Assembly (NCBI GenBank): GCA_963729625.1
Contig: CAVSOU010000011.1
Location: 864,001 to 928,000, forward strand
Direction of reading: 5' to 3'
Source: an uncultured bacterium
Lineage (GTDB): Bacteria > Chloroflexota > UBA5177 > JANWHV01
Length of the DNA: 64,000 nt
Part shown: positions 39,916 through 49,933 of the stretch, one piece after another
Layout: each line of letters opens with the position of its first letter
Position numbering within the stretch: position 1 is the stretch's first letter
Notes under the pieces: model-generated
What the model saw: only the letters and a program-made list of their open reading frames with translations
Databases searched by the model: none
What the model was told of the DNA's origin: nothing
Position numbers and translations under genes: made by a program

Positions 39916-40620
39916 TCACGCCATCACGGAGGCGTGATTGATCGCGTCGGCCAGGACCGAATAGGGTACTTCACCCGAGCTGGCATAGCGAATGACACCT
40001 TCCACGTCCACGACATAGATCGTGGGGTAACTGAAGGCGGCCATGGCGTTCGTGTTCGAGAACGACGGATCGATAAGGATCGGGTTCTTGACATTGAACT
40101 GTGCTGCAAACGCCGTAACATCCGCCGCCCCTGCCGGCGCTGTATCGCCAGTGCTTTCGTAGTTCTGCCGGTAAGGATTTGCCAGCACCATGGCGAACTT
40201 CACGCCTTTTGGCGCGAAGTCGGCGTACAGCTGAGCGATCGTCGACGCCTCATTCTGGCAGTGCGGACACCAGAGCGCGAAGTACTCGAGCAGCACGACT
40301 GACCCCCGCATCCCCGAAAGGGTATAGTGCTTCCCATCAACCGTCGCGAGATTGAAGTCCGGTGCTTTGGTGCCGACCGCCAGCAGCGGCGCCTGTGAGG
40401 ATCGCAATGCGCTTGGGGTAGTGATTCCCGGCGTGCCGCCCTTTGTGTTCGTGCTTGTACTGCCGCCCTGAACGATCAGAACGACCATCGCGACGATTGC
40501 CACCACCACGACGCCGATAGCGCCGAGCAAGACCCGCAATCGCAATTGCTGCTGTTTCGCGCGGACTGTCGCGCTCCGGCTAACGCCGGCGCGGCGTGGA
40601 GATGGTGTCTGCGGCTGCAT
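39916..40620 (-). CDS. membrane-anchored TlpA/redoxin thioredoxin-fold protein
   Basis: N-terminal TM helix, APDFNL, WCPHC active site, YPTIYVVD. Confidence 0.88.
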   Translation of the reverse strand: MQPQTPSPRRAGVSRSATVRAKQQQLRLRVLLGAIGVVVVAIVAMVVLIVQGGSTSTNTKGGTPGITTPSALRSSQAPLLAVGTKAPDFNLATVDGKHYTLSGMRGSVVLLEYFALWCPHCQNEASTIAQLYADFAPKGVKFAMVLANPYRQNYESTGDTAPAGAADVTAFAAQFNVKNPILIDPSFSNTNAMAAFSYPTIYVVDVEGVIRYASSGEVPYSVLADAINHASVMA

Positions 40621-40993
40621 TGTCGATCAATCCTTTTGAACGCGGTCGATGGCTGAGGCGACGGCGCGCCTTGATCGTACCACACCATTCCTGTCCCATC
40701 AGCACGCATGGCCGGGGCGGTCGGCCGTCGCTTTGATCCACCATCGGCGCCTGCTCTGGAATTTCTGTGTAACTTGTGCACCATGCCCGCTATGAGTGGC
40801 GCGAAAACGCGGCTACACTTTCCTAGAGTGAATCAGCTCCGGCTGGACGGTCATGACCGAACAGGGTATAGACCGTGGGGACCGTGGCGCGTATGCTCGC
40901 CATGCACCATATGCACCATTCACGTCCTGCCATCCAGGCCGCCCATGAATGCACGGGGACTCGAGAGAGCGACAGAGAATCGGGAAGACGACG

Positions 40994-43900
40994 TTGATCG
41001 AGCAGCGCGAGACCTCCTACCTGACCACTGGTGAGGCGGCGAAGTTCATTGGCGTTTCGCGTCACACGCTGCTCCGTGCGGTGCACCGCGGAGAGATCCG
41101 CCCGGCAATGAAGACGCCTGGCGGAAGACTTCGCTTCCGGATCGACGATATCGAAGCACTCGTCGATTCGTTGACTCCGACTCCGGACCTCGAGCAAATC
41201 GCGGAATCGGTGCTTCTCGATCGAACCCCGAGCCCCTACGATGCGTACGTCGAAGCGTTCTTCCAGGTACCCGCGCCAATCGCGCTGCTCGCGCAGGACG
41301 GTATGTGGCTGCTCGTCAACCCCGCATTCTGCGCCATGCTCGGCTACACCCAGGACGAGTTACTGACGATGGGACCGATCAGCGTGGCCCATCAGGAAGA
41401 CTTGGGAAACTCGCTCGAAGCGCAGCAGGCTCTGCTGGCGGCCACGTGCCTCACCGCCAATTTTCAGAAGCGGTACCGGCACAGGAACGGCCACTATGTA
41501 TGGTTCGACGTGACCGCGTCGCTTGTCTCCGACGCGCAGGGCAGGCCGCTCTACTTCGTCAATCAAATGCAGGACATCACCGAGCAGAAACTGGCCGATG
41601 AAGCCCGGAGAGCCGGGGAGGAGTTGCTTCGGTCCGTCGTAACCCACGCGCCGCTCGCGCTGGTAGCCATCGATATGCTTGGCACTATCACTCTCGCCGA
41701 GGGGAATGCGCTCCAGGGCCTTGGCCTCGATCCGCTCGATCTCGTCGGCCGTTCGCTGATCGAAGCCTTTCCGGAGGAGCCCGAAATGGTCGCCCTGGCA
41801 CGGCGGGCGACGGCCGGCGAAAGCGTCTCCGGCGTGCTTGCGCTCGGCGGTGCTGTTATCGACAGCCGCTGGACACCACTGTACGATGCTGAGCGCAGGA
41901 TAGCCGGCGCCATCAGCATCGGCACCGACATATCAGTGCAGAAGCTGGCCGAAAAGGAGCTCATCGAGCGAGAGGCACGCTTCCGCGCGCTCACGGAGAA
42001 CGCCGGAGACCTGATCTGTGTCTGGGACATATCCGGCGCAGTGGAATACGAAAGCTCATCCTATGCACGACTGCTTGGCCGACCTCTAGCTGCGTGTGCT
42101 GGCGAAGGAGGCTTTGACGCATTCCATCCAGATGATCGCGAGAAGGTCCGGATGGCACTCCAGCGCATGGTCGTCGATTCCGTGCAGCAGACCCGCATCG
42201 AGTTCCGGCACGCCGGGGCGGACGGCTCCTGGCATACGCTGGACTCGGTCATCGTGAATCGTCTGGGGGACCCTGCCGTACGGGGTATCGTCGCCACGAG
42301 CCGGGACATCAGCGAGCAAAAGGCTATCATGGCCGCGCTTGCCTCGAGTGAGAACCGGGCGCGCTTGCTGATTGAAAATGCGCCGATCGGTGCATGCATC
42401 ATCGACCATGCGGGCAATTTCGAGATCGTCAATGCTGCCTATGCCGACATCTACGGATTCTTGCCCGAACAGTTGCTTGGCAGGCATGTCGAGATGGTCA
42501 AAGAGGAAGTGCTGGAGCGCCAGGTGACCAGCGTCCGCCGGGAGAGCGAGCTGGCAGCGGATGGCATCGCCACGACCGTTGAATACGAGCTCGTCGACCG
42601 GCGCCATCATTTCCGCATGGTATCTGCTACCACCTTCAAAGTGCTCGGACGGGATGGGCGTCCGCGGCAGGTGTCATTCGTGGTCGACGTGACCGATCAG
42701 AAGAAGCACGAGCAGCGGCTGGCCTATGCGGCAAACCACGATACGCTCACCGGGCTGCCCAATCGCGCGCTCTTCGACGATCGACTTGAGCATGCTCTCC
42801 AGATGGCGGCACGCGATCGCTTGACGCTTGCCGTCTTCCAGATTGACCTCGATCGCTTCAAGCAGATCAACGATCGCCAAGGTCACCATGCGGGAGACGA
42901 GGTCCTGAAGGCCGTCGCCCAGCGTGTCAGCGGCGTGCTCCGTGTCTCGGATACTGTTGCCCGCCTGGGTGGGGATGAGTTTGCCGTTATCCTTCCGCAT
43001 TCAGACGAAGCCGGCGCGCTGCAGGTGGCCCGCAAGGTTCGCAGTGCTGTCAAGATGCCTATCCAGGTCGGCGGAACGTCTGTCTCGATCGACGCCTCCA
43101 TCGGCATCTCGCTCTATCCGGAACATGCCACGGACAGCACGACGCTCATGCGCTATGCCGACCAGGCCATGTATGTAGCAAAAGCTCGAGGTGATGGCGC
43201 TGTGGTCCACAGCGCCGCCGGAAAGCGGAACGGCGGCCTTCGCTCGCTCGCCTCCGACCAGCGCGATGCAATCAAGAGCGGGCAGATGCGGCTGTGGTAT
43301 CAGCCGATAGTCGACTGGCGCTCGGACAGCACCACGCGTGTCGAGGCCCTCGTGCGCTGGCAGCATCCCACGTTGGGTATCCTGGAATCGGCCGATTTCG
43401 TGCCGGTCGCCGAACAGGTCAGAGCAATCGACGCCCTGACTGTCTGGATCCTGGAGCAGATACTCCGGCAGGTCAGCCACTGGCGCAGGACAGGGGTGAA
43501 TCTCGACGTATCTGTCAATGTCTCGCTGGATGTGCTGCTCGATCCTCACTTCCCCGACCTGATTACCGCCCTGCTGCGACAGTACGCCGTTGAGCCTGGT
43601 CGCCTGATCCTTGAAGTCGACGAAGCATCGCTACTTCGGGGAGCGAACTCCGCCATTCTGGCCATTCATCGTCTAGCCACGCTTGGCGTGCGCATTGCCC
43701 TTGACGGCGTCGGCGTGGAGCATACGTCCTTCGACCTTGTCAGCAGGTTGCCGCTTGGCGAGATCAAGGTCGACAAATCGATCATCCGGCAGCTCTACGC
43801 AACCCATGGTCCGGCCCTTGTCGGCGCTATTCTGGGGCTGAGTAGAGGGCTCGGACTCCGGATCGTTGCCGAGGGCGTCGAGGACCGCGGACTATGGGAG

Positions 43901-44023
43901 CGATTGCGCTCCATGGGCTTCGATCTCATGCAGGGCTGTTACCTCTGCCGGCCGCTGCCGCCGGAAGAGCTTGCCGCGTGGATAGCGTCCAGCCGCCGCG
44001 ACCTGGTCGAGCCGGCAAGCTAG
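40994..44023 (+). CDS. MerR/excisionase-type HTH + 4 PAS + GGDEF + EAL protein
   Basis: YLTTGEAAKFIGVS...KTPGGRLRF; PAS ends DITEQK, DISVQK, DISEQK, DVTDQK; HDTLTGLPNR, RVSD I-site, RLGGDEF; VEALVRW with degenerate loop DGVGVEHTSF. Confidence 0.92.
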   Translation: MIEQRETSYLTTGEAAKFIGVSRHTLLRAVHRGEIRPAMKTPGGRLRFRIDDIEALVDSLTPTPDLEQIAESVLLDRTPSPYDAYVEAFFQVPAPIALLAQDGMWLLVNPAFCAMLGYTQDELLTMGPISVAHQEDLGNSLEAQQALLAATCLTANFQKRYRHRNGHYVWFDVTASLVSDAQGRPLYFVNQMQDITEQKLADEARRAGEELLRSVVTHAPLALVAIDMLGTITLAEGNALQGLGLDPLDLVGRSLIEAFPEEPEMVALARRATAGESVSGVLALGGAVIDSRWTPLYDAERRIAGAISIGTDISVQKLAEKELIEREARFRALTENAGDLICVWDISGAVEYESSSYARLLGRPLAACAGEGGFDAFHPDDREKVRMALQRMVVDSVQQTRIEFRHAGADGSWHTLDSVIVNRLGDPAVRGIVATSRDISEQKAIMAALASSENRARLLIENAPIGACIIDHAGNFEIVNAAYADIYGFLPEQLLGRHVEMVKEEVLERQVTSVRRESELAADGIATTVEYELVDRRHHFRMVSATTFKVLGRDGRPRQVSFVVDVTDQKKHEQRLAYAANHDTLTGLPNRALFDDRLEHALQMAARDRLTLAVFQIDLDRFKQINDRQGHHAGDEVLKAVAQRVSGVLRVSDTVARLGGDEFAVILPHSDEAGALQVARKVRSAVKMPIQVGGTSVSIDASIGISLYPEHATDSTTLMRYADQAMYVAKARGDGAVVHSAAGKRNGGLRSLASDQRDAIKSGQMRLWYQPIVDWRSDSTTRVEALVRWQHPTLGILESADFVPVAEQVRAIDALTVWILEQILRQVSHWRRTGVNLDVSVNVSLDVLLDPHFPDLITALLRQYAVEPGRLILEVDEASLLRGANSAILAIHRLATLGVRIALDGVGVEHTSFDLVSRLPLGEIKVDKSIIRQLYATHGPALVGAILGLSRGLGLRIVAEGVEDRGLWERLRSMGFDLMQGCYLCRPLPPEELAAWIASSRRDLVEPAS

Positions 44024-44135
44024 CAGCCCGTCGCAACCGCGTTCGTCACGCGCCGCGAGCATCCAGCCGTTGCCACCATGAACAGCGCGTCTCCAGCCCG
44101 CGCGTTCAGGAGTGAGATGGCAGGCCTGAGCTGTG

Positions 44136-44807
44136 TCAGCTCAGGATGTTGACCGCCCGCGCGGCCACCAGGGCAACGGTGAGCAATGAAGCCAGCGCCT
44201 GCACCATCATCAGTAGCTTGGCGGCAACGGTCAGCGGCATCGTGTCGGTCGGACTGAAAGCGGTGGCGTTCGTAAACGACACATAGAGGTAGTCGACAAA
44301 GTGAGGCCGCCAGTGTGCCGCTGTCGTTGCCATCGTCATTTGGGGGAACAAGAGATCGGGCGCCCGCTGAGAAGGCCGGTGCCGCGCAAGGGGGCCGCCG
44401 CGATCGATCTCCCAGTACCACAGGGCGAACACGAGAATATTGGTCAGCCAGACCTGTACGGAAGCAAGGAGAAGTGTCTGCCCGGTAATCGGGGCGCCAT
44501 GAAAGGCAACACCTTTATGGAGGAGCGCCGCGATCAGCAGCACCAGCGATCCGATGTTCGCCAGATTGATAAGCGCGATCAGGGAGATCGACACGACTCG
44601 CTGGATTCGGGCCTCAGTCCTGTGGCGGACGGGAGCCAGGGCCGTCAGGAGGGCAAGGAGTATCACTTCCAGGATCGGTGGAGTCCATTTATAGCCGACC
44701 GCAAGCGTATCGGGCAATGTGATGTACAGGAATGCGGCCAAAATGATAGCCGATCGCGCCGGCCACAAGTTCTCGTGCTGGGGCATAACAGACGAATGCA
44801 CGGCCAC
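44136..44807 (-). CDS. DUF1345-like membrane protein
   Basis: FALWYWEIDRGGP, DLLFPQM, WRPHFVDYLYVSFTNATAFSPTDTMPL, VAARAVNIL. Start uncertain. Confidence 0.85.
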   Translation of the reverse strand: MAVHSSVMPQHENLWPARSAIILAAFLYITLPDTLAVGYKWTPPILEVILLALLTALAPVRHRTEARIQRVVSISLIALINLANIGSLVLLIAALLHKGVAFHGAPITGQTLLLASVQVWLTNILVFALWYWEIDRGGPLARHRPSQRAPDLLFPQMTMATTAAHWRPHFVDYLYVSFTNATAFSPTDTMPLTVAAKLLMMVQALASLLTVALVAARAVNILS

Positions 44808-45911
44808 AGCTATTCCCCCACGAATTTCCTTGAATACAGCACTAGTACTGTGAAGTAGTGGCCATGCCTCGCGGACGGCGTACACAGGGAGGATAACTCA
44901 TGACGATCAAGCCTGGCTTTCGCTGTGTTAAGGCGCCTTCAGGGGCCGTTCACGCAGTGACGATCAGGGAAGGCAGATAGACACAACATACGGTGGTGCT
45001 GGGCGCCGGTACCCCAACATATGGATCCTAGACTTCACAAGCACGTGCAACTGATTCGCCAAGCGCCCAGCCCAGCTGGGATCTACAGTGCAATTCCCGC
45101 TGCAGCAACAGACGCGATGATTTGAACGATATTGGCATGTGCAGCCAGGCCAAAGAACGGGAACCCTGTCCCGGAGTAATAAACATATTTATTCAATTAA
45201 TAGTGTAGAATAGTCTGAAACTACTATGGGCATTGTGGCTTACAACCAGTAGATGTTAGTGTCTCGTGCATGCTATAGTACAACATAGCGCTTGCAGCGC
45301 GCTCGCAATCTGTGCTTGCCGTGCCTCTGAAGCTGCACCTGCGCACGCTATGCGTCAGATGGGTCATTTCCGGCAAGGCACGTGTATGCTAGGCTGCCTT
45401 TGATTGTTGTACATAGGCGTGGACCCAATAGCACTCACAGGCCCTTCCTCAAAAGGGGAAGAAAGCTGCCGGGACTGGCGGTGAAAGGCGGTGCCGGCGC
45501 GGAAGGGATAGGCAATGCGTGCCCCACTGGCATGCACGGTCACGTGTGCCGTCGCGAGCGCTTGCCACGAGCACGTCGGACCGGGGCATTGCCGTCTGCG
45601 CCTCGGATCTGAGCCGGCACGGCAGAACTCGACGCCTCGCGCGGTACTTGCGCGGCAAGTATCGCGACGGCGTCGAATCAGTGGCGGCGGCGAGTTGGTC
45701 ATGGAGGACTTCTCCGGCCTCTCTGGTCGTGTGCGCGAGTACACCTTAATCGAAGGTCACTCTGGAGAATCCACGACCGACCCTCCGTTCATTACCCATT
45801 TAGTGGGTGGTACCATTTTGCCATACGAATTGGCTGCCATACCGCGCTAATTGGGTCTTGTGCGGGAGACACACAAGCCGTAGAGTACTGGGTAGATGGG
45901 TGGGATGCCCA

Positions 45912-45987
45912 TTCGAGAAGAGCAAACTCGTCGTGAGGCGAGGACGCAAAGCCACGGAGCTCGATGAGCCCGCCGGGTTGCCGAAAG
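45912..45987 (+). promoter_or_regulatory. c-di-GMP-I (GEMM-I) riboswitch aptamer, A20 variant
   Basis: TTCG-AGAAG-A-GCAAACTCGTC-GTGA-GGCGAG-GACGCAAAGCCACGG...GCCGGGTTGCCGAA: GCAAA bulge, GNRA loop, CGCAAAGC and GGGTTRCCG hallmarks. It ends ~55 nt upstream of the GTG at 46041. Confidence 0.9.
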
Positions 45988-46153
45988 CATAGCCGGCGTT
46001 CGGCTCCTCGTTCTTCCGGAGCACAAGGGGGCCGAGGGACGTGATCAAACGAATACTCCAGCTGACGCCTGCGCTAACTCTTGTTGCAGCTCTAGCCTTC
46101 CAATCCGGGTTCCTGCGCGCCTCCCAGGACCTCGCTATGGCGGCCATGCCAGC

Positions 46154-47240
46154 GTTCTCCGTGGGCTACACTGGCGTGGACTACGTCAATCCGGCATCCG
46201 GGCTTACCGGCTGCCTGGAATGGGGCCTGGTTGCAGGGCTCGTGCTACTCCAACAGCGCGCTCACCATCTCGCACCTCTCGCCCCAGCAGCTCTTCGCCA
46301 GCGACCTCAGCTTCATCAACGCTCAGCATTTGGGCAGCTTCCAGCGCGTCTGGATTAGCCTCGACCAGCTGATGAACTGGAACGGCACCACCGGCTACGC
46401 TGGCTACAACAGCCAGGGGCTGGCCAACGTGGATGACATGCTCCACCGCGCCGCCGCGGCTGGCCTCAAGCTTGACCTGGTCCTCTTCGTCTACACGAGC
46501 GACGTCTCCCACACCAACGAGTTCCATCCCGAGGCACTGGACGGCAACCATGCCGCGATGCGCGCCAACTACCTGCAGGCGGTACGTGACTTCGTCACGC
46601 ACCTGGCCGCCGACCCCATCGATACCAGCGCAGTGGCAGTGCTGGACCTGCAGCAGGAGGGCTACTACCAGTTGGAAGTCTACTTCTACACGCCACGGCA
46701 TCTGGGGCTCTGGGACTACAGCATGCCGGTCTGGCCCCAGAGCGAGCAGTGCTACGTGCTGGGCAACACCCTCTGCACGGGTGGCTCAGCCGGGCACGGG
46801 TGCGTCTCGGGCAGTGGTGCCATCGACACCACCTGCCTGGACGTGAACATCATCGAGCCTTGGTTCAAGGACCTGTACACCACGGCTAAGGCCGCCGCTC
46901 CAGCGTTTAGCTACACCGTAAGCGACACTGGACGTCTGCTCACGACCGGCACCGGCCCATATAGCTCCCAGGCCTGGCAAGTGAGCCTGTATCCCGTAGA
47001 TGCTTACGACATTCACCTCTACAGCGACGCGCCCGGGACGGAGACGGCGCGCTGGTCCTCGGGTTTGACGTTGCCCAAGCCGTGGTTTGCCGGGGAAGCA
47101 GGCTGTACATCGGGCGACACGGCGTGCACTTACAACAGTACGACACTCTCGGTTGTCTATCAGTGGTGGCTGCAGAACATGGCCGTTTACGGGGCGCGCG
47201 CCGTCCTACTCGAGGACCGGCATACCGCGTGGACCTACAC
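46154..47240 (+). repeat. ~1.1-kb direct repeat, copy 1 (GH catalytic domain)
   Basis: Near-identical to 48652-49737 (offset about 2497 bp). Confidence 0.95.
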
Positions 47241-47343
47241 GTACACCAACGGCGCGCAGATGCCGACTCTGAGCCCCACTGGCCAGTTTGTCGCTACCAC
47301 TACTCTTGCCACGCGTGTCAACAGCTCTCCGACGCCGACAACA

Positions 47344-47553
47344 CCGCCGACGGCCATGCCGCTGCCCGCCAGCACCGCGACCATTCCGCCGACGGCCATG
47401 CCGCTGCCCACCAGCACCGCGACCATTCCGCCGACGACCATGCCGCTGCCCACCAGCACCGCGACCATTCCGCCGACGACCACGCCGCTGCCCACCAGCA
47501 CCGCGACCATCCCGCCGACGACCACGCCGCTGCCCACCAGCACCGCGACCGCG
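47344..47553 (+). repeat. 5 x 42-bp coding tandem repeat (PPT[AT][MT]PLP[AT]STATI linker)
   Basis: Unit CCGCCGACG(G/A)CCA(T/C)GCCGCTGCCC(G/A)CCAGCACCGCGACCATT repeated five times. Confidence 0.9.
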
Positions 47554-48487
47554 GCGCCAACTAGCGGGACGAGCTTCTCCACAAGCTTTGATAGCCAGGC
47601 ACCAGGCGCGCTGCAGTTGGGTGTCGCCCCCGGCCGGTTCACGGGTACGCTCGGTTCCACGGCGCCGATCGTGGAAAGTGGCGTGGCCGCCAGCGCACCC
47701 TAACGCACTCATGGCCACGCTCACCGGCGGCGGCTCTAGCATGGCATTCACCCAATATCCTTCCGTCTACGCCCAGCATGACTTGCGTTTCCGCATTTTA
47801 CTGGGTACCGACATGAACCTCCCTACGAGCAGTTACCTGCTGCTTGCCCGTGCCGCGCCAAGTTCAACTGCACTGGCAGGCAAGGTCGACCTAGTCATGA
47901 ACGGGAGCGGCTCGCTCTTTCTCGACTACTTCACTGGTGCAGGGGTGCGTGCGTACCTGTGGACCTCCGCAGCACCTCTCGCACACGGAGTCTGGCACAC
48001 TCTGGAGCTACGCCAGAGCGTTGGTGCGAGCACTGGCACTCTGCAGTTGCTACTGGATGGGACGACCATCGGGCAGGCTAACGGACTCAATCTGGGCACC
48101 GCCAGGGATAAGCTACTTCGCGGTGGGCGACGTGTTCACTCCGCAGAGCACCGCGACCACCGGGCACCTCTACGTTGACGACGTAACCGCCGCGACAACC
48201 GTGTAGGCCGCTGCTCCTTCCAGGGGTGGGCGAGCACTGAGGGTCGCCCACTCCGGATTGCAGCGGTCAGCGCGTTCGTTCTCCACGATCGATTCCTTGT
48301 CCTTCATCTTCTGACCTTCCAGAGCCCGAACGGGTGACCGTTCGGGTAGTGTGCTTGGGCCCTCGCCGTGCTAAGATAGTCCACGATCGGGCTGCCGGCG
48401 TAGCGAGGCACGGCATCCTTTGTCGCGCTGGCTGGAGTGCGTCACCGACTGCCGTTAGCAGGGACCATGCTGAAAGGGGAACGACCC

Positions 48488-49867
48488 ATGTCGGGGAGGA
48501 GAAGGCTCCTGGGCGCCCGTATAGCAGCCTTGGCAACGGCCTTACTTATCTCGGTGCAGGGTGCTGTCCCGCTATGGGCTACGGCCACTAGTCTGCACGG
48601 CGCGCCGGCGAAGGGCCCGTCGCAGCAGCCGTCGCGCGCGGCGCGGGCCGAGTTCTCCGTGGGCTACACCGGCGTGGACTACATCGATCCGGCATCCGGG
48701 CTTACCGGCTGCCTGGAATGGACCTGGTTGCAGGGCTCGTGCTACTCCAACAGCGCGCTCACCATCTCGCACCTCTCGCCCCAGCAACTCTTCGCCAGCG
48801 ACCTCAGCTTCATCAACGCTCAGCATTTGGGCAGCTTCCAGCGCGTCTGGATTAGCCTCGACCAGCTGATGAACTGGAACGGCACCACCGGCTACGCTGG
48901 CTACAACAGCCAGGGGCTGGCCAACGTGGATGACATGCTCCACCGCGCCGCCGCGGCTGGCCTCAAGCTTGACCTGGTCCTCCTCGTCTACACGAGCGAC
49001 GTCTCCCACACCAACGAGTTCCATCCCGAGGCACTGGACGGCAACCATGCCGCGATGCGCGCCAACTACCTGCAGGCGGTACGTGACTTCGTCGCGCACC
49101 TGGCCGCCGACCCCATCGATACCAGCGCAGTGGCAGTGCTGGACCTGCAGCAGGAGGGCTACTACCAGTTGGAGGTCTACTTCTACACGCCCGCGCATCT
49201 GGGGCTCTGGGACTACAGCATGCCGGTCTGGCCCCAGAGCGAGCAGTGCTACGTGCTGGGCAACACCCTCTGCACGGGTGGCTCAGCCGGGCACGGGTGC
49301 GTCTCGGGCAGTGGTGCCATCGACACCACCTGCCTGGACGTGAACATCATCGAGCCTTGGTTCAAGGACCTGTACACCACGGCTAAGGCCGCCGCTCCAG
49401 CGTTTAGCTACACCGTAAGCGACACTGGACGTCTGCTCACGACCGGCACCGGCCCATATAGCTCCCAGGCCTGGCAAGTGAGCCTGTATCCCGTAGATGT
49501 CTACGACATTCACCTGTACAAGGGCACGCCTTGGACGCAGAGTGCTCGCTGGTCCTCGGGTTTGACGTTGCCCAAGCCGTGGTTTTCAGGCGAAGCGGGC
49601 TGCTCGACACTCGATTTCGCCTGCACTTACAACAGTACGACACTCTCGGTTGTCGATCAGTGGTGGCTGCAGAACATGGCCGTTTACGGGGCGCGCGCCG
49701 TCCTACTCGAGGACCGGCATACCGCGTGGACCTACACCTATTCCCCTAGTGGCCAGTTGCCTACCTTAAGCGCTACCGGCCAGTTCATGGCCTGCCTGGC
49801 TGCGTGTTGCCAGGGTCCTACCGGCTGTCTCAGGCGGCGGACGGCCGCCGGCCCGTATTGCCAGTAG
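48488..49867 (+). CDS. secreted clan GH-A-like glycoside hydrolase (copy 2, no linker or C-terminal domain)
   Basis: ATG after GAAAGGGG, signal peptide, same LDLQQEG / YDIHLY / KPWFSGEAG motifs. Confidence 0.75.
   Translation: MSGRRRLLGARIAALATALLISVQGAVPLWATATSLHGAPAKGPSQQPSRAARAEFSVGYTGVDYIDPASGLTGCLEWTWLQGSCYSNSALTISHLSPQQLFASDLSFINAQHLGSFQRVWISLDQLMNWNGTTGYAGYNSQGLANVDDMLHRAAAAGLKLDLVLLVYTSDVSHTNEFHPEALDGNHAAMRANYLQAVRDFVAHLAADPIDTSAVAVLDLQQEGYYQLEVYFYTPAHLGLWDYSMPVWPQSEQCYVLGNTLCTGGSAGHGCVSGSGAIDTTCLDVNIIEPWFKDLYTTAKAAAPAFSYTVSDTGRLLTTGTGPYSSQAWQVSLYPVDVYDIHLYKGTPWTQSARWSSGLTLPKPWFSGEAGCSTLDFACTYNSTTLSVVDQWWLQNMAVYGARAVLLEDRHTAWTYTYSPSGQLPTLSATGQFMACLAACCQGPTGCLRRRTAAGPYCQ
48652..49737 (+). 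repeat. ~1.1-kb direct repeat, copy 2
   Basis: Near-identical to 46154-47240. Confidence 0.95.
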
Positions 49868-49933
49868 CAGAGCGTAGCGGGGTGAATAGGAATGCTTGGT
49901 GAGACGCTAACTCTCGACGGTCGGACAGCGGAG

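Larger units (their letters stand above)
46041..48206 (+). pseudogene. secreted clan GH-A-like glycoside hydrolase + Pro/Thr linker + C-terminal beta-sandwich; frameshifts near 46225, 47700 and 48100 (may be sequencing indels)
   Basis: Signal peptide at 46041; TIM-barrel motifs RVWISLD, LDLQQEG, YDIHLY, KPWFAGEAG; C-terminal WHTLELRQ...LLLDG...GHLYVDDV spread over shifted frames. Confidence 0.75.

Noticed and set aside
42730-43200. Hypr-type (cGAMP-making) GGDEF as the partner of the A20 riboswitch
   Set aside because: The guanine-specifying Asp is retained (INDRQGHHAGD), as in canonical diguanylate cyclases.
44900-45900. Protein-coding gene or ncRNA in the 1-kb intergenic region
   Set aside because: Short ORFs lack motifs; only AT-rich promoter-like patches (AATAAACATATTTATT palindrome, TGCTATAGT) are visible, too weak to call.
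47344-47553. CRISPR-like array in the 42-bp and 54-bp (62231-62401) repeats
   Set aside because: Contiguous in-frame repeats without spacers, encoding Pro/Thr linkers.
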